A stretch of DNA of 64,000 nucleotides from Bacteroidales bacterium (GTDB lineage: Bacteria; Bacteroidota; Bacteroidia; Bacteroidales; VadinHA17): assembly GCA_038207725.1 (NCBI GenBank), contig JBBQZN010000004.1, forward strand, positions 2,625 through 66,624, read 5' to 3'. Shown here one piece after another: positions 9,051-19,900 of the stretch. Below the pieces are notes generated by a model that ran no database searches, had not been told where the DNA came from, and saw only the letters and a list, made by a program, of their open reading frames with translations. Position 1 is the first letter of the stretch, and each line of letters begins with the position of its first letter. The position numbers and the translations under genes were made by a program.

Positions 9051-9848
9051 ATGATTAATCTGAAACATATTTGTGAAGAGCTTGAAAGGGCCGCCAGAGA
9101 AACAGGCGCCTTTATTCTGGGTGAGTCAAAAGTATTTGATTTAACAAGAACCGAGAGGAAGGGAATGAATGACTTTGTCAGCTATGTTGATAAAGGCGCT
9201 GAAAAAATGCTGGTTGAAAGACTGTCGGTACTTCTGCCGGAAGCAGGATTCAAGACTGAAGAAGGAACGATTGAAAAAACAGGAGTTAAATACTGCTGGG
9301 TAATAGATCCGCTGGACGGAACAACAAATTTTCTGCACGGACTAAATCCATTTGCAGTAAGCATTGGCCTAATGGAATATGATGATGTTATTGCTGGTGT
9401 TGTGTATGTAATACCTGAAAATGAAATGTTTACAGCCTGGAAAGATGGTGGTGCCTGGCTAAATGGCACCCAAATTCACGTTTCCGGGGCCAAAAAACTA
9501 TCTGACTCGCTAATTGCCACAGGTTTTCCCTACAGCGATTTCAGCAGGCTTGACCAGTATATGAAATGTTTCACATGGTTCTGTACAAATTCACAGGGAG
9601 TAAGACGGCTGGGGTCAGCTGCTACTGATATTGCATATTTAGCCTGTGGACGATTTGAAGTATTTTATGAATATGGCCTTCATCCCTGGGATATTGCAGC
9701 AGGAATAATCATTTTGCGTGAAGCAGGCGGAAAAATCAGCGACTTCTCAGGTAATGAGAAAAACCTCTCGGGAGAAGAAATTGTGGCGGCAAACGGTTCG
9801 GTATATTCTGAAGTTCTTGAAATTGTGCGTAAATTTATGATTCATTAG
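9051..9848 (+). CDS. Inositol monophosphatase family protein (SuhB-like)
   Basis: IMPase signature WVIDPLDGTTNF and GSAATDIAYLACGR. Confidence 0.85.
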   Translation: MINLKHICEELERAARETGAFILGESKVFDLTRTERKGMNDFVSYVDKGAEKMLVERLSVLLPEAGFKTEEGTIEKTGVKYCWVIDPLDGTTNFLHGLNPFAVSIGLMEYDDVIAGVVYVIPENEMFTAWKDGGAWLNGTQIHVSGAKKLSDSLIATGFPYSDFSRLDQYMKCFTWFCTNSQGVRRLGSAATDIAYLACGRFEVFYEYGLHPWDIAAGIIILREAGGKISDFSGNEKNLSGEEIVAANGSVYSEVLEIVRKFMIH

Positions 9849-9860
9849 TTACTATAAAAT

Positions 9861-10745
9861 ATGAGTGCAGTTGCCTATTACATATTTTATTCCGTAAACT
9901 GGGTAGTTACTCTTCTGCCTCTCAGGGTTCTATATGTCTTCTCAAACCTTCTGTACTTTGTCCTTTACTATTTTCCATCATACCGTAAAAAAGTTGTCGC
10001 ATCAAATCTAAAGAACTCATTTCCGGACAAATCAGAGGCAGAAAGAAAGATAATTGAGAAGAAATTCTATCGTCATCTTGCCGATGTTTTTGTTGAGACA
10101 TTGAAACTAACACATATGTCAGAGAAGCAATTCAAGGAAAGATTCATTGTAAGCAATCTTCATATAATTGAAAAACTTCTGTCAGAGAAAAGAGATACTA
10201 TTGCAGTTCTGGGGCATTACAACAACTGGGAATGGCTCGGAGCATTTCCTATGTACACCGGATACAAAGCTGTTTCAATTTATAAACCTCTTCAGAATAG
10301 ATATTTTGACAAGTTTGTTAATAGCCTCAGAACTAAACACGGAATGGTTCTTACCCCTATGTCTAACATTATCAGGGAGATAATTAACGACAGAGCAAAC
10401 AACATTAATACAATATCCGCTTTTATTTCTGATCAAACACCTGTAAAGACTGAAATAAAATACTGGACAACCTTCCTGAATCAGGATACTCCGGTTTATA
10501 TGGGAACAGAGAAAGTTGCTTCAAAATATGATATGGCGATTGTTTTCTTCAATATACAGAAGGTTAAACGCGGATATTATAATCTCCACATTGAACTGCT
10601 TTTCGAACATACTGCAGGACTTCCCGAACATCTAATTACAGAAACGCATGTCAGAAGACTTGAACAGTTGATTATTGAAAAGCCAGAGTACTGGATATGG
10701 AGTCACCGTCGCTGGAAACATAAAAAGCCTGTTGAAAATGCATAG
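9861..10745 (+). CDS. Lipid A late acyltransferase family protein (LpxL/HtrB-like)
   Basis: N-terminal membrane helix, GHYNNWEW (the H-x-x-N-W-E motif of this family), about 295 aa. Confidence 0.7.
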   Translation: MSAVAYYIFYSVNWVVTLLPLRVLYVFSNLLYFVLYYFPSYRKKVVASNLKNSFPDKSEAERKIIEKKFYRHLADVFVETLKLTHMSEKQFKERFIVSNLHIIEKLLSEKRDTIAVLGHYNNWEWLGAFPMYTGYKAVSIYKPLQNRYFDKFVNSLRTKHGMVLTPMSNIIREIINDRANNINTISAFISDQTPVKTEIKYWTTFLNQDTPVYMGTEKVASKYDMAIVFFNIQKVKRGYYNLHIELLFEHTAGLPEHLITETHVRRLEQLIIEKPEYWIWSHRRWKHKKPVENA

Positions 10746-11772
10746 TACTGCCATTGTAATATTAAACTGGAATGGAATTGAGTACCTGAAAAAGTTCCTT
10801 GGTGGCGTTGTAAATAATTCCATGGTACCGGGAACGGAGATATACATAGCGGATAACGGGTCAACAGATGATTCTATAGAATGGTTAACACAGAACTTCC
10901 CCGGGGTAAAACTCCTGAAATTCAACAAGAACCATGGATTTGCCGGCGGGTACAATCTTGCTCTGAGCCAGATTGAGGCTGATTATTATCTGCTCCTTAA
11001 TTCTGATATTGAGGTAACCGAAGGCTGGCTGCAACCTTTGCTGACTTATATGGACAGCAACCCTGATGTGGCATCATGCCAGCCAAAAATACGCTCCTTT
11101 TATAATAAGGAATCCTTTGAGTATGCAGGTGCTGCCGGAGGATTTATTGATAAATATGGTTACCCTTATTGCCGCGGAAGAATTTTTGATAAAACAGAAA
11201 CAGATACAGGGCAATATGATTCCGTTACTGACATTTTCTGGTCATCAGGAGCCTGTATGCTCGTGAGGGCTGAAGCATGGAAAAGATGTCGGGGATTTGA
11301 TGCTGATTTCTTTGCCCATATGGAGGAAATTGATCTATGCTGGAGGTTTAATAAGGCAGGATACAGGGTTAGTGTTATACCCGAATCAATTGTTTACCAT
11401 GTTGGCGGTGGATCGCTACCGTATAATTCGCCATACAAGACTTATCTGAATTTCAGGAACAGTCTCTTCCTTTTATATAAAAATCTTCCTGACAAAAACT
11501 TCCGTACATCCCTATTTATCAGAAAGATACTTGATGGAATTGCTGCTGTAAAATTCCTTTTAAGTGGAAATTTTGGCAGTGTAATTTCGGTATTCAGAGC
11601 TCATGTTGATTACTACATGAGTTCAGATGATCTTAAAGCCAAGAGAGATATCGTAAAACAGATCCAGGTAAATCATTTTTCTAAAAACATTTTGAACAAG
11701 AGCATCGTTTTTGAGTTTTATGTAAAAGGCAGAAAAACTTTCAGCAGCCTTAAAACAGATAATTCATTATAA
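10738..11772 (+). CDS. Family 2 glycosyltransferase
   Basis: AIVILNWNG, DNGSTDDS, GFAGGYN, NSDIEV. The ATG at 10738 (MHSTAIV) overlaps the upstream stop and is preferred over the longer listed ORF. Confidence 0.8.
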   Translation: MHSTAIVILNWNGIEYLKKFLGGVVNNSMVPGTEIYIADNGSTDDSIEWLTQNFPGVKLLKFNKNHGFAGGYNLALSQIEADYYLLLNSDIEVTEGWLQPLLTYMDSNPDVASCQPKIRSFYNKESFEYAGAAGGFIDKYGYPYCRGRIFDKTETDTGQYDSVTDIFWSSGACMLVRAEAWKRCRGFDADFFAHMEEIDLCWRFNKAGYRVSVIPESIVYHVGGGSLPYNSPYKTYLNFRNSLFLLYKNLPDKNFRTSLFIRKILDGIAAVKFLLSGNFGSVISVFRAHVDYYMSSDDLKAKRDIVKQIQVNHFSKNILNKSIVFEFYVKGRKTFSSLKTDNSL

Positions 11773-12929
11773 TGAAAAACTATCAGATGCTTGTTTTCTT
11801 CTCAGTCGTACTAACTGTATACGCCCTTGTCAATACATATATATATTATAAAGGCTACAATGCTGTTCCGGCACTGCACAACAACAGACTTATCTATACA
11901 TTAGTTTTTTTCTTTCTAGCAGCAATTTTCATTGCAGCCAAATTTCTTGAATCAAAACACTCTTCTGTAATTACAGACGTTTTCAATATTATCGGAGGTT
12001 TCTGGCTTGCATTCATGCTATACGGATTTTTCCTCTTCCTCTTGTCGGATATTATCTATCTGATGCTGAAAATCCCCGGAATCTTAAGCGGAGAAAAATT
12101 AATACTATACAGGAAGTGGTCATTTATTATAACTATATCTGTATCATCTGTTATGATTCTTGGAGGATTTATTAATGCCGTTATTCCTGTTGTCACCAGG
12201 TATGATATTGCGATAAACAAAAGTGCCGGAGATGTTAAAAACCTCAGAATAGCAGCTGTCTCCGATATTCATCTGGGAAGCATAATAAGAAAAAGGAGTA
12301 TCATAAAGCTTTCAGGAATTCTAAAAGATCTTAAGCCCGATGCAGTATTTCTGCTTGGAGACATAATTGACGGTGAAATAGGACCTGTTTTAAGAGGCGA
12401 CCTGCTTCAGTATTTTACAATTCCGGAATCAACAGATGGCCTTTACGCCATAACAGGAAACCATGAATTTATAGGCGGAGGCGACCGCACAATTCCATAT
12501 ATTGAAAGTAAGGGAATACGTGTACTTAAGGACGAAATGGTTATTCTTCCGGGGGGTATTCAGCTGGTAGGCAGAATTGACCGCGACTCATTCAGATTTT
12601 ATGGTAAGGAGAGAATGAATTTAAGCGACCTCATGAAGCAGGCCGACACAAGCAAACCTGTCATTCTTATTGATCATCAGCCATTTAAACTACAAGAGTC
12701 AGCGAAACTTGGAGTTGACCTACAGTTGTCGGGGCATACACATAATGGTCAGATGTGGCCACTTAATTTTGTCACGGAAAAGATATACGAACTTAGTTAT
12801 GGCTACCTTAAAAAAGGAAACTCACATTTTATTGTATCCTCCGGTTATGGACTATGGGGGCCGCGTGTAAGATCGGGTAGCAGATCAGAAGTGTTGCTTA
12901 TAAATGTAACATTTACCGGACAGAAATAA
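11772..12929 (+). CDS. Membrane-anchored metallophosphoesterase
   Basis: Several N-terminal TM helices, then AAVSDIHLG, LLGDIIDG, GNHEF, SGHTHNGQ. The start overlaps the upstream stop. Confidence 0.8.
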   Translation: MKNYQMLVFFSVVLTVYALVNTYIYYKGYNAVPALHNNRLIYTLVFFFLAAIFIAAKFLESKHSSVITDVFNIIGGFWLAFMLYGFFLFLLSDIIYLMLKIPGILSGEKLILYRKWSFIITISVSSVMILGGFINAVIPVVTRYDIAINKSAGDVKNLRIAAVSDIHLGSIIRKRSIIKLSGILKDLKPDAVFLLGDIIDGEIGPVLRGDLLQYFTIPESTDGLYAITGNHEFIGGGDRTIPYIESKGIRVLKDEMVILPGGIQLVGRIDRDSFRFYGKERMNLSDLMKQADTSKPVILIDHQPFKLQESAKLGVDLQLSGHTHNGQMWPLNFVTEKIYELSYGYLKKGNSHFIVSSGYGLWGPRVRSGSRSEVLLINVTFTGQK

Positions 12930-12944
12930 ACAGAACAGATCAGC

Positions 12945-14237
12945 TTAAAGAAGTTCGTAAGTTTTTTCCAGGCCTATTCCCCGTGAACCTTTTATAAGTA
13001 TTGTTTTTCCCTTAAGTGGCTCTTTTTTAAGAATATCAATAAGCTTGTTTACATCGGAATATGACTGATATGATGTTTTGGCAGCCGCTTTCTGAAACAA
13101 AGGTCCAACCAGAAATACTTTTTCAAGATTCAATGATTTGATTTCCTCAATAACCTTTATATGTTCTTCTTCACTCTTTTCACCCAATTCAAGCATATCA
13201 CCAAGAATAACAACCTTGTTCTGGCCGCTGAAAGACATAAATGATTCTACCGCGAGATGCATACTTGTCGGGTTAGCGTTATATGAATCGCAGATGAGCG
13301 TGTTTTTTTGAGTAACTGTGATCTGCGATCTGTTGTTGGCGGGCTTATAATTTGAAACAGCATCAACAATGTCAGCCATTTCAATGTCAAAAAATAAACC
13401 TGTTCCTATTGCTGCCTTTACATTCTCAAGATTATAATTACCAAAAAGATTTGTGTTTATTATATATGTCTCGTGATGATATTTCGCGCTGAGTTTAAGA
13501 TTCATTTCCGAAGGTAACTGGTCAATAATCAGGTCAATGCCCGTAGGATCTGAAAATGGGACCGCCCTGTTTATTATCCTGAATATTTTTTCAGTGAGAA
13601 GCGGGTTTTTGTCGTTATAGAGGGCTATTCCGTTTACTTTACGAAGATGCTCGTACAATTCTGTTTTTGCCTTAATCACCCCCTCTTTTGATCCGAATCC
13701 CTCAAGATGAGCCGTTCCGATATTTGTAATAATTCCATAGTCGGGCTTTGCAATAAGACAGAGTGTGCGTATTTCTCCAATATGGTTAGCCCCCATTTCA
13801 ACAATAAGAAAATTAGTTCCTTCCGGAGCTGACAGAATAGTAAGAGGAACTCCTATATGGTTATTAAGATTACCCTTGGTATAGTGTACCTTGAATTTTC
13901 TGGAAAGGATTACAGCCAGCAATTCTTTGGTTGTTGTTTTTCCATTTGTGCCGGTTATTGCGAGGACAGGGGCACCAAGTTCCTTTCGGTGATGTGTGGC
14001 CAGAGCCTGAAGTTCGAAAAGGCAATCATCAACGAGTATCGTTTTTTCTGTTTCGAACAGCGGGTCATCTATAACAGCCCAGGCTGCGCCCTTCCCGAGA
14101 GCCTCGGCAGCAAATTTATTACCATTATAATTATCGCCCCAAAGAGCGAAGAAAATCTGTCCCTGCTCTACTTTTCTTGAATCAGTAGCAATCCCTGTGG
14201 ATTCTTTAAACAGGCTATAAATCTGATCTGTCTTCAT
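12945..14237 (-). CDS. murF: UDP-N-acetylmuramoyl-tripeptide--D-alanyl-D-alanine ligase
   Basis: ATDSRKV near the N-terminus; P-loop ITGTNGKTTTKE. The start at 14237 (MKTDQIY) is preferred because the longer start at 14258 lies inside the gldJ terminator hairpin. Confidence 0.9.
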   Translation of the reverse strand: MKTDQIYSLFKESTGIATDSRKVEQGQIFFALWGDNYNGNKFAAEALGKGAAWAVIDDPLFETEKTILVDDCLFELQALATHHRKELGAPVLAITGTNGKTTTKELLAVILSRKFKVHYTKGNLNNHIGVPLTILSAPEGTNFLIVEMGANHIGEIRTLCLIAKPDYGIITNIGTAHLEGFGSKEGVIKAKTELYEHLRKVNGIALYNDKNPLLTEKIFRIINRAVPFSDPTGIDLIIDQLPSEMNLKLSAKYHHETYIINTNLFGNYNLENVKAAIGTGLFFDIEMADIVDAVSNYKPANNRSQITVTQKNTLICDSYNANPTSMHLAVESFMSFSGQNKVVILGDMLELGEKSEEEHIKVIEEIKSLNLEKVFLVGPLFQKAAAKTSYQSYSDVNKLIDILKKEPLKGKTILIKGSRGIGLEKTYELL

Positions 14238-14242
14238 AGTTT

Positions 14243-14277
14243 TAAAAAAATGCCTCATTATGAAACATAATGAGGCT
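14243..14277 (-). terminator. Rho-independent terminator of gldJ
   Basis: 11-bp stem gcctcattatg/cataatgaggc with loop aaa, followed on the minus strand by a T7 run (plus-strand A-run 14244-14250). Confidence 0.75.
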
Positions 14278-14300
14278 TATTTTGTAAGAGAACTTGTTTC

Positions 14301-15803
14301 CTAGAAACCTGAAGGGCTACCTACCCTGATCATTGCACATCTGAAACCGATATCATCGCGTGAACTTTCCTGATCGAGGAACCTTCTTGTTGAAGGGTTG
14401 AGCCAATAAGCTCTGTCTTTCCATGAACCACCTTTGAATACGCGTGCATTATCATTAATCAAAGTAACATAATCCGGGTTTGCTACGGTATTATCCTGTG
14501 CATACATCCTGAGAGAAGCTCTTTTACCATCATCAGTATTCCAGTCTGATCCACCAGCTATTGCTGACTGAAGGTCACCATCCCTGTAATTTCTGTAGTC
14601 GCCTTTCTGATAATTATATCGGTTGGCAACATCAAGATCTTTTACAGTATCGACATAGAGACGTCCAAGCTTGTCTTTTCCAACAACGCCACCGTTTGCA
14701 TCTCTTCTGACATCAGTATAAACGTTACCTCTGAAAGGGTTAAAACCATCAACATCTTCTGCAGTAAGTGGACGATAAACATCCGCAACCCACTCATTAA
14801 CGTTTCCTGCCATACAATACAAACCATAATCATTCGGCCAGTATGATTTAACATCGGTAGTTATGCTTCCGTTATCGTTCAGACTTCCGGCAACACCCAT
14901 AAGGTCACCTCTTCCACGAACAAAGTTAGCATTCATTTCACCACGTGACTTTTGTCCGGAGTTTCTGACGTTATGACCATCCCATGGGTAAATTCTTCTC
15001 TCATAAACTCTTTCTTCAAAGGTATTACCTCTGAGAGCATATGCAGCAAATTCCCATTCAGCTTCAGTTGGAAGCCTGTAAGATGGAAGAAGTACTCCGT
15101 CTTCAAAGTTGGTACGACGTTCAGTCATGTTTGGGTTCAGACTTTCACGCAACTGATTTACAACACCTTCATAAAGACCTGCAAGATATGCTTCTGTATT
15201 GAAGTTCTTTTCATTAACCTGATTAGGATCGGGATTAAGCTCACCTTCATCAATAAGGATCTGCTCATTAACCCTGTCGGTTCTCCATCCGCAGAAATCG
15301 TTTGCTTTCAGCCAGCTGACACCAACTACCGGATAATTATTATATGAAGGATGTCTGAAATAATACTGAACATAAGGATCATTGAAACCCATCGGGCTTC
15401 TCCATACAAGTGTATCAGGAAGAGCTCTTCTGAAAACCTCAGGATAATCTTTATACACCCGGCGCTGCCAGAAAAGATATTCCCTGTAATCAACATTCTT
15501 TACTTCAGTTTCATCCATATAAAAAGATGAGACTGTGACTGTTCTTGGCTTATTATTCCAGTCGAACATAACATCCTGCTGAACCTGGCCCATAGTAAAA
15601 CGACCACCTTCAATAAGGACAAGGCCGGGACCTGTTTGCTGATCAGCTCCCATGGCAACTTCAAACCCGCCATTGTCAGGATCATTATAGTTCCAGCCTG
15701 TTGAAGAAGAAACATTTGGATCGTCTCCCTTTTTCTTGAAGATGCAGGAAGTAAGAAGAAGTACAGATATTAATACAATTGATAAGGCTCTGAATTTATA
15801 CAT
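14301..15803 (-). CDS. gldJ: Gliding-motility/T9SS lipoprotein GldJ (FGE-sulfatase/SUMF1 fold)
   Basis: Lipobox LLLTSC. SUMF1-like signatures NYPVVGVSW, GNVNEWV, GGSWKDRAYW, DIGFRC; 500 aa. Lies next to other T9SS genes. Confidence 0.75.
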   Translation of the reverse strand: MYKFRALSIVLISVLLLTSCIFKKKGDDPNVSSSTGWNYNDPDNGGFEVAMGADQQTGPGLVLIEGGRFTMGQVQQDVMFDWNNKPRTVTVSSFYMDETEVKNVDYREYLFWQRRVYKDYPEVFRRALPDTLVWRSPMGFNDPYVQYYFRHPSYNNYPVVGVSWLKANDFCGWRTDRVNEQILIDEGELNPDPNQVNEKNFNTEAYLAGLYEGVVNQLRESLNPNMTERRTNFEDGVLLPSYRLPTEAEWEFAAYALRGNTFEERVYERRIYPWDGHNVRNSGQKSRGEMNANFVRGRGDLMGVAGSLNDNGSITTDVKSYWPNDYGLYCMAGNVNEWVADVYRPLTAEDVDGFNPFRGNVYTDVRRDANGGVVGKDKLGRLYVDTVKDLDVANRYNYQKGDYRNYRDGDLQSAIAGGSDWNTDDGKRASLRMYAQDNTVANPDYVTLINDNARVFKGGSWKDRAYWLNPSTRRFLDQESSRDDIGFRCAMIRVGSPSGF

Positions 15804-15886
15804 AACTCCTTTAGTTTTACGGCTTTTATGAATATCAAATATAGTAAAATTTACTTAAACAAACTTTTTTTTCAGTTCAAATATAA

Positions 15887-16861
15887 CTACATTTTAGGAA
15901 AATTTATTGTTTTGATTAGATTTCTTTTATCAACATTATTTAAACTGAATGCGAGGCCAGTCTGATGCAGAAGTGACAAAGGCATCATTCTGTTCTCCGA
16001 AATAAGATTAAATCTGTAATTATAATATATTGAAACCCTGCCGCTTCTGAGTGCAAAACCTGTCTGCATATTTAAATTATTTTCACTATTTCCGAACACC
16101 ATTGCGTTGAATGACATATATTTACTCTCAAGAACTCCTCCTCCTCCAATTGAAAACAAACCATGCTGCAACGATGAAAACAGCTGCGGTCTGAGTATAA
16201 GCTCATCTTTACTTCCCAAAAAAACATCAACGGAAGCATGCAGAATTACTTTTCTTTTAAGATTGTCACCTGGCGATCCGCTGGCTGAAATATAAGGCTC
16301 AGCCAGATGATTCACTGCCAAACCAACGAAAGCGCTTTTATAAATAAGCAGAAAACCTGCGTCCATATCGAATGCAGTATGACCTTCTGATATTAATGTT
16401 TCGCCTGAAGGAAAAGCACCTGAGCCCAGAGGATCAATCATGTCAGGAAGAAGAGCTCCTGAAAAATTATAGCCCCTGTGATATAATGAAGCTGACAAAC
16501 CGGCATTTACAAAAAAATTCTTTCCCGCCTGCAGAAAATATGAATAAGAGAAACCTCCCCTTATATCATTTATAATGCCGCCGCTAAAGTCATTTGACAA
16601 ATATAATCCGGCTCCGCCATGAAGCGAAGGAAAATAAGAATCGTAAGAAAAATAAACAGAATGCAGGTTATAATTGTTACCAGGGAAATAGTTAAGATAT
16701 GACAACCTCAGTGTTCCTTTGCCTTCACCTCCTGAAAAAGCGGGATTACTATGTGTTATCAGTTGAAAACCAGGCCCATTATCAGTTTCCTGACAACAGG
16801 TAATCTTTTCTACTGATATAAACAGAAAGAGAATTATGAAGGCACGTTTTAACATATTCAA
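15887..16861 (-). CDS. PorP/SprF family type IX secretion membrane protein (beta-barrel)
   Basis: About 320 aa with a signal peptide, NPAFSG near the N-terminus, alternating Gly/aromatic beta-strand pattern. Divergent from porU. Confidence 0.55.
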   Translation of the reverse strand: MNMLKRAFIILFLFISVEKITCCQETDNGPGFQLITHSNPAFSGGEGKGTLRLSYLNYFPGNNYNLHSVYFSYDSYFPSLHGGAGLYLSNDFSGGIINDIRGGFSYSYFLQAGKNFFVNAGLSASLYHRGYNFSGALLPDMIDPLGSGAFPSGETLISEGHTAFDMDAGFLLIYKSAFVGLAVNHLAEPYISASGSPGDNLKRKVILHASVDVFLGSKDELILRPQLFSSLQHGLFSIGGGGVLESKYMSFNAMVFGNSENNLNMQTGFALRSGRVSIYYNYRFNLISENRMMPLSLLHQTGLAFSLNNVDKRNLIKTINFPKM

Positions 16862-16933
16862 AATAACTGCAATATCAACGTCCGCAAATCGTTATTATTG
16901 TAAACTGACGGATCATGCAAAAAAACATAATTA

Positions 16934-16965
16934 TTTAGCAAAGAAAAAGCACATTTCTATCTTTG
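16934..16965 (+). promoter_or_regulatory. Bacteroidota-type promoter of porU
   Basis: Exact TAnnTTTG box TATCTTTG at 16958-16965. TTTA lies 20 nt upstream at 16934-16937. Only 9 nt separate the box from the ATG at 16975. Confidence 0.4.
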
Positions 16966-16974
16966 CAGCACATA

Positions 16975-19900
16975 ATGAATAGATTATTTCAAATACAGGT
17001 CATTTTTATGATACTTTTCTCTTCCTCTCTGGCGGCAGCAGAGGCGAAGGATATATATGTGACATCGTCTGTTCTTTCCACCGGTAAATGGTACAAGATG
17101 GGGCTGGTAACTGACGGAATTTACCGTATTGACTACACAAAACTTGTTCAGATGGGCCTTGAGAATCCTGCTAATCCCAAAATATATGCGAATAATCAGG
17201 GGCAGTTATCATATTATAATAATGACAAAGATCCTGATGATCTGAGAGAAGTTCCATTATTTATATCTGCCGGTACTGATGGCATTTTTAATGAAGGTGA
17301 CTATTTGCTGTTTTATGGTAAAGCAACGCATCGCTGGCAGTTTAATTATATAACAAGAGAGTTTGACTTTTTGCGCCATAACTATTCTGATTCAGCATTT
17401 TACTTTATTACCTCAGGGGGTACTCAGGGTAAAATAGTATCGGCAGCAATAAATCCGGTTCAGCCTTCAACATATAACTCTTCTGAATCTGATGCCCTCT
17501 TTTATCACGAAATTGAAGGTATCAATTACATAAAATCAGGAAGAGAATGGTTTCAGAAAATAAACAACCTTAATCTCAATCCGGGTTTCACCAACCTGAT
17601 CATTTCTGAAAAAATCAAGTATAAAATCAGAGTTGGAGCAAGGGCATCAGGAAATGCATTATTCAAATTGTATGAAGGAACTACACTAAGGAAAACTATT
17701 CAGGTGCCGGGAACAAATCTTTACGACGATACCGGCATCCAGTTCCAGATCACAGATTCAGCAGGTACTTTAACAGCATCCTCATCATCACCTGTTTTTG
17801 AATTAAAGTACTCCGGTACCGGCGGAAATGGACTTACTGATGGTTTTCTTGACTACTTCAGATTACAGGGAAGGAGGTCAAACTCATTCACGGGCAATAC
17901 AACTTTTCTGACCGATTCCAGATCAGTAGCGCCGGATAGAATTACAACTTTTTCAATAAACAGCACAGTAAATGATGTTAAGATCTGGGACATAAGCAAT
18001 CCGCTAAACTGCACAGAGATCCAATTTTCCAGAAACGGCAACAATCTTACATTTAATGCGGCAACGGATTCACTTAAAACTTTTCTTGTCTTCTCAGCTG
18101 CCAATGCTCTCCTGCCTGCCTTAAAACCTTCTCCTGTAGTTAATCAGAACCTTCATGCTTCCCCTTCAGCCGATATGATAATTCTTGTCCATCCGCTTTT
18201 TTTATCATACGCTCAGAAACTTGCTGAGATCCACTTTGCTTCAAACGGACTGATTTCATTAATAGTAACACCCGAACAGATTTACAATGAGTACTCAGGA
18301 GGCATCGCTGATATAGCCGCTCTCCGGAACTTTATACGAATGAAATACACCAAACAGCTAAATAGTGATCACCCGCTGAAATATCTTCTTCTTTTCGGTG
18401 ACGGATCATACGATAACAAGGCATTACCTCCCAATAATCCGAATTTCATTCCAACATGGCAGTCACAGAATTCAAATATCGTTGTATCATCCTTTATGTC
18501 AGATGATTTCTACGGTCTGCTTGAAGATGGTGAGGGTGAATCAACGGGTACTGAAGATATAGGAATCGGCCGGTTTCCAGTTTCTGATACTGTGCAGGCA
18601 GGAATTATGATCGGTAAAATAAAGTCATACATTAATCCCTCAAGTATGGGTGACTGGAGGAATATTGTCTGCATAACTGCCGATGATGAAGACGGCAATA
18701 CCCATATGTCTGATGCAGAAGGGCTTTCGTCTGTTCTGAGAGACAGCGTACCATCAATCAATGTCGATAAAATATATCTCGACGCATTTAAACAGAACAC
18801 AACTGTTGCTGGGCAAACTTACCCTGATGTAAACAAGGCGATAAATAACAGGATTAATACAGGGTGTCTCATCTTTAATTATCTGGGACACGGAGGAGAA
18901 AATGGACTCGCACATGAAGCAATATTAAAACAGGATGATATAAACTCGTGGAAAAATAAACAGAAGCTCCCTCTTTTTATTACTGCTACATGCGAATTCA
19001 GCAGATTCGATGATATATATGTAAACATCACAGGTGAAAAAACGGATAAACCATCTGCAGGAGAACTGGTTCTGCGAACAAAAGAAGGAGGCGCAATTGC
19101 TTTAATGTCAACAACCAGAGTAGTATATTCGGCTCCAAACTACTTCCTGAACAAAAATATTTACAACACTGCATTCAAACTTGATGCCTCAGGAAATCCA
19201 CTCGCCCTCGGAGATATAATCAGGATAGCCAAGAATAAATCGGGAAATGGCTCAAATAAAAGAAACTTTTCACTTCTGGGCGATCCTGCATTGATACTTG
19301 CATACCCGCAGCATGGAAATCTTATTACCGACTCAATTAATGGGATTCCGGTCAATGCTTCAATCGATACACTTAAAGCATTATCGCTGGTAACAGTTTC
19401 AGGACACATAACTGACCTTAACGGGAATCTGAAATCTTCTTTCAACGGGGTTGTTTCACCAATAGTATATGATAAGGCAAGCAGGATAAAAACGCTTGCA
19501 AATGATGGTGGCATTGTTATGGAATTTCAGGAGAGAAACAGCATTATTTTCAGTGGAAAAACAATGGCCAAGAACGGCAGATTCAGGTTCTCATTCATAG
19601 TACCACGAGATATTGATTATGCCTTTGGAAACGGAAAGATAAGCTACTATGCAAGTAATGAGATTGACGATATTAACGGGTATTTCGGCAATGTGATTGT
19701 CGGAGGGTTCTCTGAAAATGAAGTTTCTGACAATTCAGGACCTGAAATCAGGCTCTTTATGAATGATACCCTTTTCCGTAATGGTGGAATTACCGACAAG
19801 AATCCAAGATTACTGGCAATTATTGAAGACAAGGGGGGGGTAAACACAACAGGTGCAGGAATTGGTCATGATCTGACAGGATATCTTGACAATGACCGCA

